This document shows, piece after piece, positions 30,001 through 42,000 of a stretch of DNA of 64,000 nt (position 1 is the first letter of the stretch; each line of letters starts with the position of its first letter). The translations under genes and the position numbers were made by a program. Below the pieces are notes generated by a model. That model did not search any database, was not told the origin of the DNA, and saw only the letters and a program-made list of their open reading frames with translations. Origin of the DNA: Amoebophrya sp. A120 (lineage: Eukaryota > Protista > Dinoflagellata); assembly GCA_905178155.1 (NCBI GenBank), contig CAJINV010000015.1, forward strand, positions 205,074-269,073, written 5' to 3'.

Positions 30001-33000
30001 GACGTGCAAACTATGCATTGCAAAAGTATCGTACTCGGAGTAATTGCATTTACGCATTACAAATCTGTTTATTAAGGTAAATCAGCATTACAAATTTGAT
30101 TTGTAATGCTGGGGGAATTTGTAATGCAATTTGTACTAGTACGATACTTGTTTTGCATTGCATACAAACCGCCAAACGGTTCGATTTTGTTCGTTTCGTA
30201 GTCCGTGCCGCGGCCCGCCAAGTTTGTGTATCAACTGTAAAAATGTCTGGGTCTGGAAGAATCCAACTTGTCATGCTGATTTTGGATTCTAAAAAAATCT
30301 GTATTGCATGAGCAGCAAAGAGAGTCCAAGTCTTGCTACACGGAAAGAGCATTTGTCATGCGGTATAGGCATCAGGAAGCCCTCACAAAATCTGTGATGC
30401 TCGGGCATGCATCACAGACATCAGGAGTCATGCAAAATGTGCATGACAAACCTGGCAATCTTCCAGAGGACCCAGACATTTTTACATTTGATATTGTGGA
30501 AACAATGACCATACCTGGCCGGAAGGGCTCCATCTCCCCGGACCCCACATCGGCGTTGCTCTGCCTCAAATACTCCTTGACATCCCGCTCGGGCCAGGAC
30601 TGCTTCAACGCCTGCGAGATCAGCGTTGCGTTCTCAATACTGCGGCAAATGCACAGCACGCCGCGGTTTCGACGGAGTTCCTTCAGCACATTCTCCACGA
30701 CCTTCTGAATCCAACGGTCGCGCTGGGACAACGGTGCGGTTTTCTTCACGACTTTCGAAGCTCCTGCACTGCCACTTGTACTGGTTGTCGTGACTGCATT
30801 GGAAGTAGGTTGATGTTGTTCACCCGACGATGGCGCGACCCCAGTCGGCCCCGCTCCACCTCGTGCGAGGACCATCAGTTGTTCGGTGCCGATCAAATCC
30901 GGTGCGTAATTCACGAAGCGCTTCTTCCTGGACAGCGGCATCCGCCGGGATTTGAGCTGATACGCCTGCTTCAGCGATTGCCTGACTGCTGGGGACCCAA
31001 GTGTGCCAGTCACGCCGTAAAGAAATTTGTACCGGCGGAAAAAAGCGAAGTTGGACAAAAAGTTCGTTGGTAACGATTCCGGGGTGACAGGCAAGCCGTG
31101 CATCACTTCCAGAATTTGGTGAATACCATCCGACCAGTGGAGGGAATCCTGCGTGATACCGGTCGCGCCGGACACCGGCTTAATCGCGTCATTTTGGACC
31201 ACGTAGTCGACGTTTTCCTGGAAGGTGAAGTACGTATCAAATGTAAAAGTATCTGGGTCTGGAAACTTGTGATGCTGAATTGCGCATGATTGAAGCGCTT
31301 CCAATGGCAGCCAAGCATGACAAGTTTTTGAGAGGTCTGCTGATGCCTAGCACGCATTACAAATTGCGTTTTCGCATGACAAAGAAAGCCTCTGTTTTGC
31401 TGCTCACGCAACACAGATTTTCCAGGAGTGCATGACACGCATTACAAGTTCCAATTTTCCAGACCCAGACATTTTTACATTTGATAGTACGCCAGTAAGG
31501 CAGATTTTACCAACCGTGGCAACGTGTCTTTAACGTGGCGCTCCCAGTGTCTCGGGATCGGGACAAGACCGTTAGTTGTCGACTGCGAACTACCGGCGTC
31601 CGTCGACGCGGTATCTGTCCTGTACCCACCGATGTTCTGGTACGCCCGGCCAAAGAAGTCCTGTGCTTTCGGCACTGGCTTGAAGCTTTTGTTGGTGTTT
31701 ATCTGAGAAACACCATCGCCATCATGCGGCAAGGTTTGAAACAAGCCGCCTTTGCTCTTTTTGTCCTCATTCGGTGCGATATGAGGGCGCACAAGAACTC
31801 GTCCCCCTCGTCTGCCTAATTTGTCAAGAACATGCACAATCCTATAACCCTATTGCTGCCCCTTTGCACAATTTGGGTATGCATGGCAATTTTTCGGAAA
31901 AAAACCGCGTGGAGGGCTTGTCATGAAGCACAGGCACCAGCACCACGTGTTTGAATTTCGTGTGCTACGTTTGGCAATATTGCTGTTGATTCACAAAAAT
32001 CACATCGTACTACAAATCAGGCGGACGACGGGGGGGAGTTTGTTCTTGTGCACTTCCATATTTGAACAGCATCTCATCCACATCCTCGAAAAACTCCGAC
32101 AGCGTCTGCGAGCTCGGCGCAAGCTTCGTCTCCGGCACGGTGCCCGGAACAGGCGCGGGAAGGAGGAGCAAGTCCTCTTCGTGCTCGATTTTCAGGACGA
32201 TGGTCTTCGGAGAATTGTCTTGATTTTCTTCCTCCATGATGAAATCGTCAACATGTCCGTCCGCCCGCGGATCCAAAGTAGAACCACTGCCGTTCTGTTC
32301 CTCCAGCTTTTCCTGCTCTTTCCGCAAGTTTTCGACCATTTCCTTCTCTTTCAATTCGAACTCCTTCTTCACTTCCGGGTCCCGCCAGTCGATGGTTTTT
32401 TCCAAGAACTTCTGCAAGTAATCCTCCAACGCGTTGGTTGTGGAATCTGGCAACGTCGCGGACAACTCAATCCCCACCGGATTGTTCAGTGGCTGCTCGC
32501 GGATCTTCTGCAAAATCGCCGGGGTGAGGACCAGAATCTTGCTGTTCTTATCCTGCTGAGTCGCATGTTTGTTCGCGGCGACCATGCCACTCGTTTGCGA
32601 AATTCCCAACTCAGCTAAACTCTGTCGCAGTTCCACCGCGTCGAAAAAGGGGCCGGATTTGTTGCGGTTCATCGCGTATCAAGTGTAAATATGTCTGGGT
32701 CCTCTGGAATGTTGCAAGACTTGTCATGCGCATTTTGCACGACCCATGATGTCTGTGATGCCTGCCCTAGCATCACAAATTTTGTGAGGGCTTTCTGATG
32801 CGTATCCTGCATGACAAATGCCCTCGCCGTGTAGCACAAAATCGAATCCTCTTGCTGGTCATGCAACACAGAATTTTTTGGAATCCGAAGACAGCATCAG
32901 AAGTTCTTGCATCCTTCCAGACCCTGACATTTTTGCATTTGATATCGCGATCGGCGTGAAATTCGGGAGCCGTCGGACAATGTCTCCGTAGAGCAATATC

Positions 33001-36000
33001 CTATGTAAAAACGTCCCCACCCTAGAGTTGTATATGCAAATCTGCATGCTGAAAATGTTTCTCATGCGGGGCCCCATGAGATGCGTTTTGTAGTCGCGTT
33101 GCGGAAAAATTTGTGATGCTCCAATCGCCTTAATGTGTTAGCTCTGTGATGCTGCTGAACCAGCCAAACAGGACCACACTACGAGGCCACGCCTGTCATG
33201 CGCAACAGCCAAAGCTTGCTGATTTGTCTTGCAGATTTCCCAACTTGATGACTATGGGGTGCTGGGGACGTTTTTGAACAGGATAAGCAAGACGTGCTGC
33301 TTCTTCCCCATCCGCGCACCCCGGTTCGCGGCGAAGGTAATTTCTTCCGGGATCTGCACCAGTCTTTGTTGAAATTGGTCGATCTCCAGCTTCAGCACAT
33401 GGTAAACCGGCTCGAGAAATTCCGCGCCGGGGAAGGGCGAAGCAACCTTGGCGGTCCGGGATAAGTCGTTCACCAACATCATATCGACCTCATCGGCTAG
33501 CGCGACGTTGTCAAACCCAAATTCCAACCTGCCCATCGCCATGGCGACGCGGTTCTTGGCAAGCTGGGCCGCGAAGGTCTTGTGCACTTGCTGGAACATT
33601 TGAGGGAAATAGGCGGAAGGCAACTGCTTATCAAGATGTCCCCCGGGAAGATAGCGCGTCACCTCGCTCTCATCGCCCCATTCGGGAAGGTGCACTTCCT
33701 TTTTCGGGTACCCCGGCCTTTCAATGCGGTTCAGAATCAGACGAGAGAGAAGGTTTTTCCACTTTTTCTTTTCGTCCGCATCTGTGTTATCACGCCCTTT
33801 GCCCATGTTATCAAACAAAAAAAGTTCGTCGCGATCACTCATGCGCATTTTTGCAATACAAAATTTCGTGTCATGCGTAAAAATGCATCACAGCCAAACT
33901 TCATACGGGATTTACCTAGTGTTTCTGCAAGACAAGAAAGCGCTGCGATGCTAAAAAAATTTGTAATGCAAAGCCTGGAAGACCAAGTTAATGACTGCGA
34001 CAAACTTTTTTCTCTCCATATATGTACCTCACGAGATTCTTCATCATGTAGGGTGTGAACAGGGCAACAGGGGCAACAAGATCCTCCTCTGCTGGTTCCG
34101 TGGTTCCAGCTTGCGGCATAGGAGCGTCGGTGCCGGTGGAAGAAGCCCCCGATCCGGCTGGAGCAGAAGCTGCACCCCCCGCCGCTGGTTGTGGTCCACC
34201 AGGAGTCGGCGAGCTTTGCACCGCAGCACCCCCGCCAACCTCCGCAGTGCGCTGCTGTTCCTTCGCCATTTCACGTTTCACTTCCGGGGGCAGGATCAAT
34301 AATTCCCCTCCGTTGTAATGCTATCCTGTGTAAAAACGTCACTACCCCAGAGTTGTCATGCAGATCTGCATGCTCAGAATGTGTGTCGTGCGGCTCCCCG
34401 TGAGAGGCATCACCTAATGACATTTGGGATTCTACTGTTATGCGCTAATCAGGATCACAGACTGTGATGCGTTTCAACTAGCTAGGCACGACTACACTGC
34501 GTAGCCAAATTTGTAATGCGTGAGTCCCAAATATGCTCGACTTGTCTTGCATAGATCCCAACTTAACTCGGGGTTGGGGACGTTTCTATACAGGATAAAT
34601 GCTGCCCCAATTTCTCCAGAACCAGCTGCTTGTTTGACTGCCGCGTTAATTCCTGGTACAGAACATCGTGTCCCAAGCTCCCGCCCATCGAAGTCCTTTC
34701 ATCCGCGTCTTCCTCATCCAGATTGCTTCCCTTTGTTCTCTCTTCCATTACCTCGCCGGAAATCAGGCTATTGACCGCCTTCGCGTACTTGTAGAATTTC
34801 GTGCGCAGCCGCGGCAGCAACGCCACCGACTCCTCCAGATACATGCGCTCGGCTATCCTGAGTAAAAACGCCCCGACCCCTAAATCAAGTTGGTAAGTCT
34901 GCAACACAAATCTCCAAGTTTTGGGAGTATATGCATGACAAGTTTCCATCTGGATCTGTAGCGCAGTTCTGTTTAGCAAGCGTAACCGCATCACAAAGAC
35001 GCCTGCTGATCCTGTTTACCGCATTAGAAATCTCAGAAAACGACTACAAAATCATCCCATGCGGATGCGCATTGCAGATGTTTCTGTGGATGCAAATCTG
35101 CATGACACCTATGGGGTGGGGAAGTTTTTCTGTAGGATATCGGCTAGGGTCGCGTCCGCGTTTACCCCCGCGTCGCTGTAGTACTGAATAGAGGGGAGTT
35201 TGTCCTTCATGTGCTTGTACTGCGGTCCTGCGCCCGCAATAACCATATTCGTTTCCACATTGGCTTCGTATTTCACGTATCCTGTGCAAAAGTATCGCAC
35301 TCGTAGTAATCGCAGTCATGCATTACAAATCTGCATCCCAAGGTAAATCCGCATGACAAATTGTATTTCTCATGCTGCGCAGCTAATTTGTCATGCGAAT
35401 GCGATTCATACTAGTACGATACTTTTGCAATGCATATCACGCCGTACCGACTTCCGGTTGTGTTGTCGGCGTACCATTCGGACTTCAGCGCGTCGAACAT
35501 AAAGTCCGCCGGGTCGCCAACCGTGACGTCACTTAAATAGCTATCCTGAGTAAAAACGTCCCCACACCAGAGTCCAGATGGTGACTTTGCTACACAAATC
35601 AACAAATTTTGGCTGTTTCGCATGACAAGTTTAAACGCGTATTCTAGTGCTGTTTGAGGTAGTGCAGCCGCATGACAAATCGACTACCTTATTCTGATTC
35701 CAGCATCACAAGCTTCCAGATAGCATGAGAAAATGTCTCTCATGGGGATCCGCATGAGAAAAATTTCGAGCATGCGTTTTTGCATGACAACTGTGGGGTA
35801 GGGGCGTTTTTACATAGGATAATAGCAGGCCCGCTGGGTTGAGGACTTTCCCCCGTCGCCAGTTTTTTCCTGGTTGTCCTGTGTGTTCGCGGCGACGCGG
35901 AGACCAAATTGCTCGTAGATGTTCGCGTTTTTTTCCGCGTCGCGTTTTGCCAGGACGGGGGAGGAAGTCATGGAATCCACTTTTTTCCCGTACACTACTG

Positions 36001-39000
36001 CCATAATGACCGCGACACCCGCTAGCAGTTCCGTTTTCCCCTCGCCCGTGGCGACTTGCAAGAGTACGCCCCGGGTTCTGCGGTCATTTTCGGATTGTTC
36101 TATTTCAGGAGCAGTACTGCTCTGGGGATCTTCAGTCGAGGCTGGTGTGGTGGTTGTACCAGATTGATGGGCGGTGGAACTACCTCCAGCACCAGTGGAC
36201 GCCTGCTGCGCATTCATGGCAGTAGAAGTTCCAGCTGAAGACAGAACTCCTCCCGTCGTTCCTGTCAAAAGCTGCAGCAGGCTTTTCCGCTCAAACAGGG
36301 GCGTCGCATCGTTCAATACAAACTGCTCACCTATCATTAGCAAAAGTGTCTGGGTCTGGATCAAAGCAACTTGTCATGCTAAATCTGAATGATGTATAAA
36401 ATCTGTCTTGCATGCTTGCCAAAAGCTGTCCACTTTTGACCTAATCGAGAGGCAGTTTCTCATGCAGGATAGGCATGATGGAACTCTCACAGAATCTGTC
36501 ATGCTATGTCCTACATGCCAGAGGACCTCATGGGTCATGGAAAACCTGCATGACAAGTCTGGCATTCTTCCAGACCCAAACATTTTTGCATTTGATATCA
36601 CCATTCGCCAGGAAGTCGTTCCGCATGCTGTCCCAGTGCGCGCGGACAACTTCGATCAGGGATAAGAGCTGAATATTGTGGAGCTTGAAGTTCTTCACTT
36701 TGTAGATCCCCGCGTAGTAGACCTGCAAGGCCTGCACGGTCAACTTCTCGTAGATGCGCAACACCGGTAGAATACCTTTCTCCAGGATGTTCTGGACGCG
36801 TTTGAATCGGGCGCGCTCCACCCGGTGGGCCCGCGCGCTGGCCTTCTTGGCGCTGACCTCGCTTTTGTCGAGAACCGACCTCGCTTTGTCAAACCAACTT
36901 GTGGGAATGTCGACGACCTCAGGCCTGCCGTGGGCCATCACGTACTCGTGTTTAATTTGTGGCACGAAGGTGTAGGGCCGGTCCAACGCCCAGTAGCCTG
37001 CGGTGGTACTTCCGACATTCTCCCAGGTGTGTCTTTCGACCAGCATTTTTATCCTGTGTAAAAACGTCCCCACAGCCTTAGTCAAGTTGCGAATCTAGCA
37101 CCACAAGTCCGCAAGTTTTGGGAGCTGTGCATGACAAGTTTCTTTCTGCAGTGTAGTGCTGGTGGGCAAGGGAAGCCGCATGAGAAAGCCATTTTCTCAT
37201 CCTGTTTACAGCATTACAAATATCAAAACACGATTGGAAATGGCTCTCATGGAGATGCGCATCACAAACGTTTTCTGTAATTGTACATCTGCATGACAAC
37301 TCTGGGGTCGTGGGGACGTTTTTCCTCAGGATAATTTTTCTCTCTTCATCCGTGTACCTCGAGCCAGAAAATTCGTCTAACAGGCTATCAGAATGAAAAA
37401 TGCCCCCACCCCCGAACTTGAAAGCATTTGTATTGCAAATCTTTCCAAATGAAACACTCGCCCTCTTGCGTGTATCAGCATCACAGATTTCCGATCGTGA
37501 ATAGCAAAAATTTGTATTGCAAAAGATCCCAGCAAGAGCGGTGCTTGTCATGCAAGCGATGCGAAACTTGACTAGAATCTGCATCAGAAAGATTCGTACT
37601 CCTTTCATGCATGACAAAAAGCTTTCATTTGGAAACTTCGCATCACAAATTCTTGCAATTTCAGGGGTGGGGGGCAGTTTTCACTGTGATACAGGCGCGT
37701 TTCTTCCCGTTCCTCCAAGTCACTCACCGCGAAGACTTGCGACAGGCTCTGACCGCTGTCCAGGGTCGTTTGGCCGTCATTTGACTCCAATTCCGCAGCA
37801 AATTTGTCACTGAGCACCACATCAAGCTTTGCCAAGTGCTCGGCGAGCAGCTTTTTTAACTTTGGAGCCACTTCGGACCTAATGTGCTTGGACCAGTTCG
37901 TGAGCTCCTTCGCATCGTACTGCTTCAGCCGCTTGAAAATTCCATCGGTCAACTGAATGCCGAAGTCGCTTGTCTGCTCCCAAGGCCGCGTGTACGTCTC
38001 GTCGTTATTTCTGCGTCTAGCAATGGGTAACACGGTGTCGAGCACGCGCTGCACGTTCTGATCATGGGGCCACACATATCAGAATGAAAAATCCCCCCTC
38101 CCCATATTGAAAAGGTATGCTCCCAAGAATTTGTGTTGCGGATTTGAGGTCACAAATCACATCTGTCTTGCAAGAAGACAAGGGCAGAAGCTTCCGCCCC
38201 ATTATGGAAGCGGTTTGTCATGCTGTTGGGCCTAAAGGGGGGCCGTTTGCCATGCTGAGCTACTTACTAGACCCATACGCCCCTACCTAGCCAGGGGATC
38301 TGGCCGCAGTGTTAGGGCGGAAAAATCGGCAAATAGCATCATTTTTGCAAGCGCACTTTTTGGGGGGGCAAAAAAATTATGGCTATTGGGGGTGTCGCTA
38401 CTGCTTTTTTTCCTGTTGGCCATTTAGATGCTGGCGCCGCTCTTCGTTGTCACGTTCCGCCATCCGGCCCTCCCCTTTTTCCAATAGAGCCGCAGCATTT
38501 TGTTGAAGTTGCATAGGCCTGCGGCCCCCCGGCGCGGGAAGCCGCGCCCCCTCTCCGGCATCCAATTCCGTACGCGCCCAGACATCTTCGCATCTTCCCT
38601 TTACGGCCAGATATTGAGAATGCGGACGCGCCAGCAGTCAAATGCTTCCGGGGGGGTGCCGAAGGGGGGGGGGTAAGGGGGTGCGCTTGGGCTGCCTCTG
38701 GGCTACCATTTTGGGGCACGCAAAATCGGCAGTTTCTAATGGGGATTAGGGGGTCGGCATAGGCTACCGAAAGGGTACCCGGAAGGGGTACCCGGAAGGG
38801 GTGTCCGAAGGGGGCAAAAATGCACCCCCCTGACCACCCCCCTTGCCGGGTTCCCTCTTCCTCGTGGCGAGCGTCCTCGTTGTGGTCCGGTCCCGGAGGT
38901 GGCCCAGCCACTTCTCGAAGAGCGGGCCTACTCAACATTGCCGGGCCATCTGAGCGACAACGCACAGCGCGAAGGCGCTGCCGCCTGTTTCGTGTCTTGC

Positions 39001-42000
39001 TATGAAGGCCTTTTGAAAGCCGAGCTATCATGTTTCTCGTGGAAAAGATGAAGTGATGCTTTACTTCTGTTGATTTCCAGGTAGTTGACTCCCTGACAAA
39101 AGAAAAAAAAATACCCCCCCAAAGTGTGAGCTGACAAAAATGATGCTATTTGCCGATTTTTCCGCCCTAACAGTGCCTCTCTGCAATACAAAGCTGATTT
39201 GTGGTCACAAATCAGCATCACAAATTTCAGTTTTGATATGGGGAGGGGGGATTTTTCCTCTCAATAACACATACTGCCGCTTCTTTCCCTCGAGGTTGGT
39301 TTCCGCCTTGTTATATGAAATGTAAAAATGTCTGGGTCTGGAAGATTCTGAGACTTGTCATGCACGTTTTGCATAAGCCATGAGGTCTGGAATGCGAGAC
39401 CTAGCATGACAGATTCTGTGAGATCCGTATAATGCCTATCCTGCATGAGAAACTTCCTCTCAACTTGGTCAAAAGTGGACAGCTTTTGGCATTGATGCAA
39501 CACAGAGTTTTGGCACGATCCAGAATTAGCATCACAAGTTGCAACCTTCCAGACCCAGACATTTTTACAATGCATATGTTACCGAGGTCGAGTTGCGTTG
39601 GTTGATAGGGAAGGTGGGATCTGTACAGGACGTGCTCTTTCTCGAGTTCCTGATCGATAGTCTGATCCCGTTCCCGGCTGACGAGCGGGTCGGCCATGGC
39701 TCTAGGCCGCTGGTCGCCGTGGACCGCACCAGAGGCCGCCGTGGTTCCACTTGCTCCAGGACCGCCACCCGTGCTGCCGCCCATGGTTTCCTGCGCCGGA
39801 GGGGCCTCTTGCTGCAGCTCTAGTTCCACCCGAGCCACCTGTTGCGCGGCTGCCAGTTGGGTTCTTTCTTGGGCCTTGCTTTTCTTCTTCGGCCTCGCCT
39901 TAGATTTGGAAGAAGCAGGGCGATTATTCCGTCCGCTGACCATCTCGGAGTAGTCAATTCCAGCTGCAGGAGCGGTAGGCGCCACAGCAATTTCCACATC
40001 AGGCGCCACGTCAGCCATAGTTGTTTCTTGTGCGGATACAACTTGCTGCGCGCTAGCCGCCGGAGCGGCGGCTCCTGGAGAATGCGTGGACCGCGGTGCC
40101 GGGGCAACACTGGAAGACGGCGCTGAACCACTTCCCGAGGGGTTGTTGGCCGCCACCTCGCCCTGAACTACGTTCTGCCCGGCCGACCCAAGCCTCTGAG
40201 CCGCCTGCTCGTCGTTCGTGCCTGCCGTGCTTTTCCAACGCATGAAGAAGCGCGCCATGATGTACTCCACATTCCACGATCAAATGCAAAAATGTGTGGG
40301 TGCGGAAGATTGCAGGAGTTTGTCATGCATCTTCTGGATAACGCAGCTGGTCTCTAATGCACGCAAAAGCATTACAGGTTTTGCGCAGGCCTCCTGATGC
40401 CTATCCCGCATGAGAAATTCCCTATTTGCGTAGCAAGAAATGGGAAGCTTTTGGTGCTTATGCAACACAAATTTTTGCCTCTTCCAGAAATCGCATGACA
40501 AGATCCAACTCTTCCACGCCCAGACATATTTGCAACTGATATCCACTCAAAGCTGCCAATCAAGCTGCGCCCTATCTCGGTCTTCCTGACGTAGTTCAAA
40601 ACATACTTCCTGAACCCGTCCTCGTCAACAAAGTCAGCCAAAACCTCGCCGGCACACTTTTCGAATTTAGCTGGGTCGGCCATACATTTTTCGAGATTGT
40701 CCTGCTGCTTCCGGTAGAATTCACGGGCGTGAAAGAAGTCTTTCGCAGACGTGCTTGCCGACTGGAACTGCTGCTTCAAGTTTTGCACTGCAGCCCCTAC
40801 CTCCTGGAAAAAACCGGTGACATCCTGGATGATTTCGGTCCCGGCGGTCACTATGTTCCCCAAGGGGTTGCACTGCGACGTCACATCCTCCTCGTCATAC
40901 AAGCTTCCGTATGTTTGAGCAGAGGTGGTTTTTTTCTTCTGCTCTTCCCGTTTCCAGTTGTATTCGGGGTCAATCCAGAAAGCGTAGTTTCGCAGCTTCC
41001 GCTTGTCCATCTCGTGGATCCTTCGGGGTATCAAGTGCAAAAGTGTCTGGGTCTGGAAAGGTGTAAGCTCGTCATGCAGATTTTCCATGACCCATGAGGT
41101 CTGGAGTGCAGGACTTAGCATGACAGACTCTGCGAGGTCTCTGCCATGCCTATCCTGCATGCTAAACTCCCTTCCATCTTGGTCAAAAGTGGAAAGCTTT
41201 TGGCACTCATGCAACACAGATTTTTGCATGCTTCAGATTTACCATGACAAGTTGCAGCCACCTTCCAGACCCAGACATTTTTGCATTTGATACGGGGTTC
41301 CAACGCACCAATGAGTTCGATTTCGGGAATTTCGCCCTTGACCTTGTTATCTCCTGCGCTCTGGCTCCTGCATTCCAATTGCATGTCCGTCATAGACAAC
41401 AAATCGGCGAGACGGACGAATTCTCGTTCCAGCCCCGCTTCGAGTTTGGTTCTCTTTCGCGGTTTGTACATGTCATCGCCGTCATTTTGCACGATGTGCC
41501 AGAACGTGGCGTCTCTGGTTTCTTCCGGTAAACTGTCCGGGTCTTCATAGTCTTGCTCGTCTATGAGTGCAGGATATCCCACGAAAAAAGTGTTACAGTT
41601 ACACATTTGTAGTCAATTCAGCAACACAAATTTCTCTGCATGAGAGAGAAAACTTGTAATGCAGAAATCCTACGGGAAAACACTTATGAAACGAGGCTCC
41701 TATGCATATCCGGCATGACAGAGCTTGTCTGTCTTGCTTGGCCTGCAACACAGTGTGTAACTGTAACACTTTTTTCTTGCGATACAGGACTCGCGAAATC
41801 CACTGCGCCGAATCCGTCCTGATTTGTAATGGCCTCGACCATATCAAATGTAAAAATGTCTGGGTCTGGAAGAATGCAACTTGTGATGCTGCATTTGGAT
41901 TCCAGAAGAATGTGTATTGCATGAGTACCAAAAGGAATGCAATTTTTGCTACGCGGAGAGGGCATTTGTCCTGCGGAATAGGCACCAAGAAGCTCTCAAG

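Larger units (their letters stand above)
29910..36080 (-). other. SecA-like DEAD ATPase region of the giant protein (spread over about 11 exons)
   Basis: SecA-type motifs in order: LLQVATGEGKT (Walker A, ~36032-36064), TSSPVLAKRDAE, YLSDVTVGDPADFMFDALK, ALADEVDMML (DEVD 33483-33494), ENVDYVV, WSDGIHQILE, FFRRYKFLYGVTGTLG, RGVLCICRSIE, STNLAGRGTD, GGLHV, EAQALGRTSRQGKKG. Confidence 0.88.

Noticed and set aside
29910-36080. Calling the gene bacterial or plastid secA
   Set aside because: The domain is heavily expanded and embedded in a >10,000-aa intron-containing protein, so no gene symbol is given
38450-39031. 193-aa ORF in the nested MITE as a transposase
   Set aside because: GC-rich low-complexity translation with no DDE or recombinase motifs
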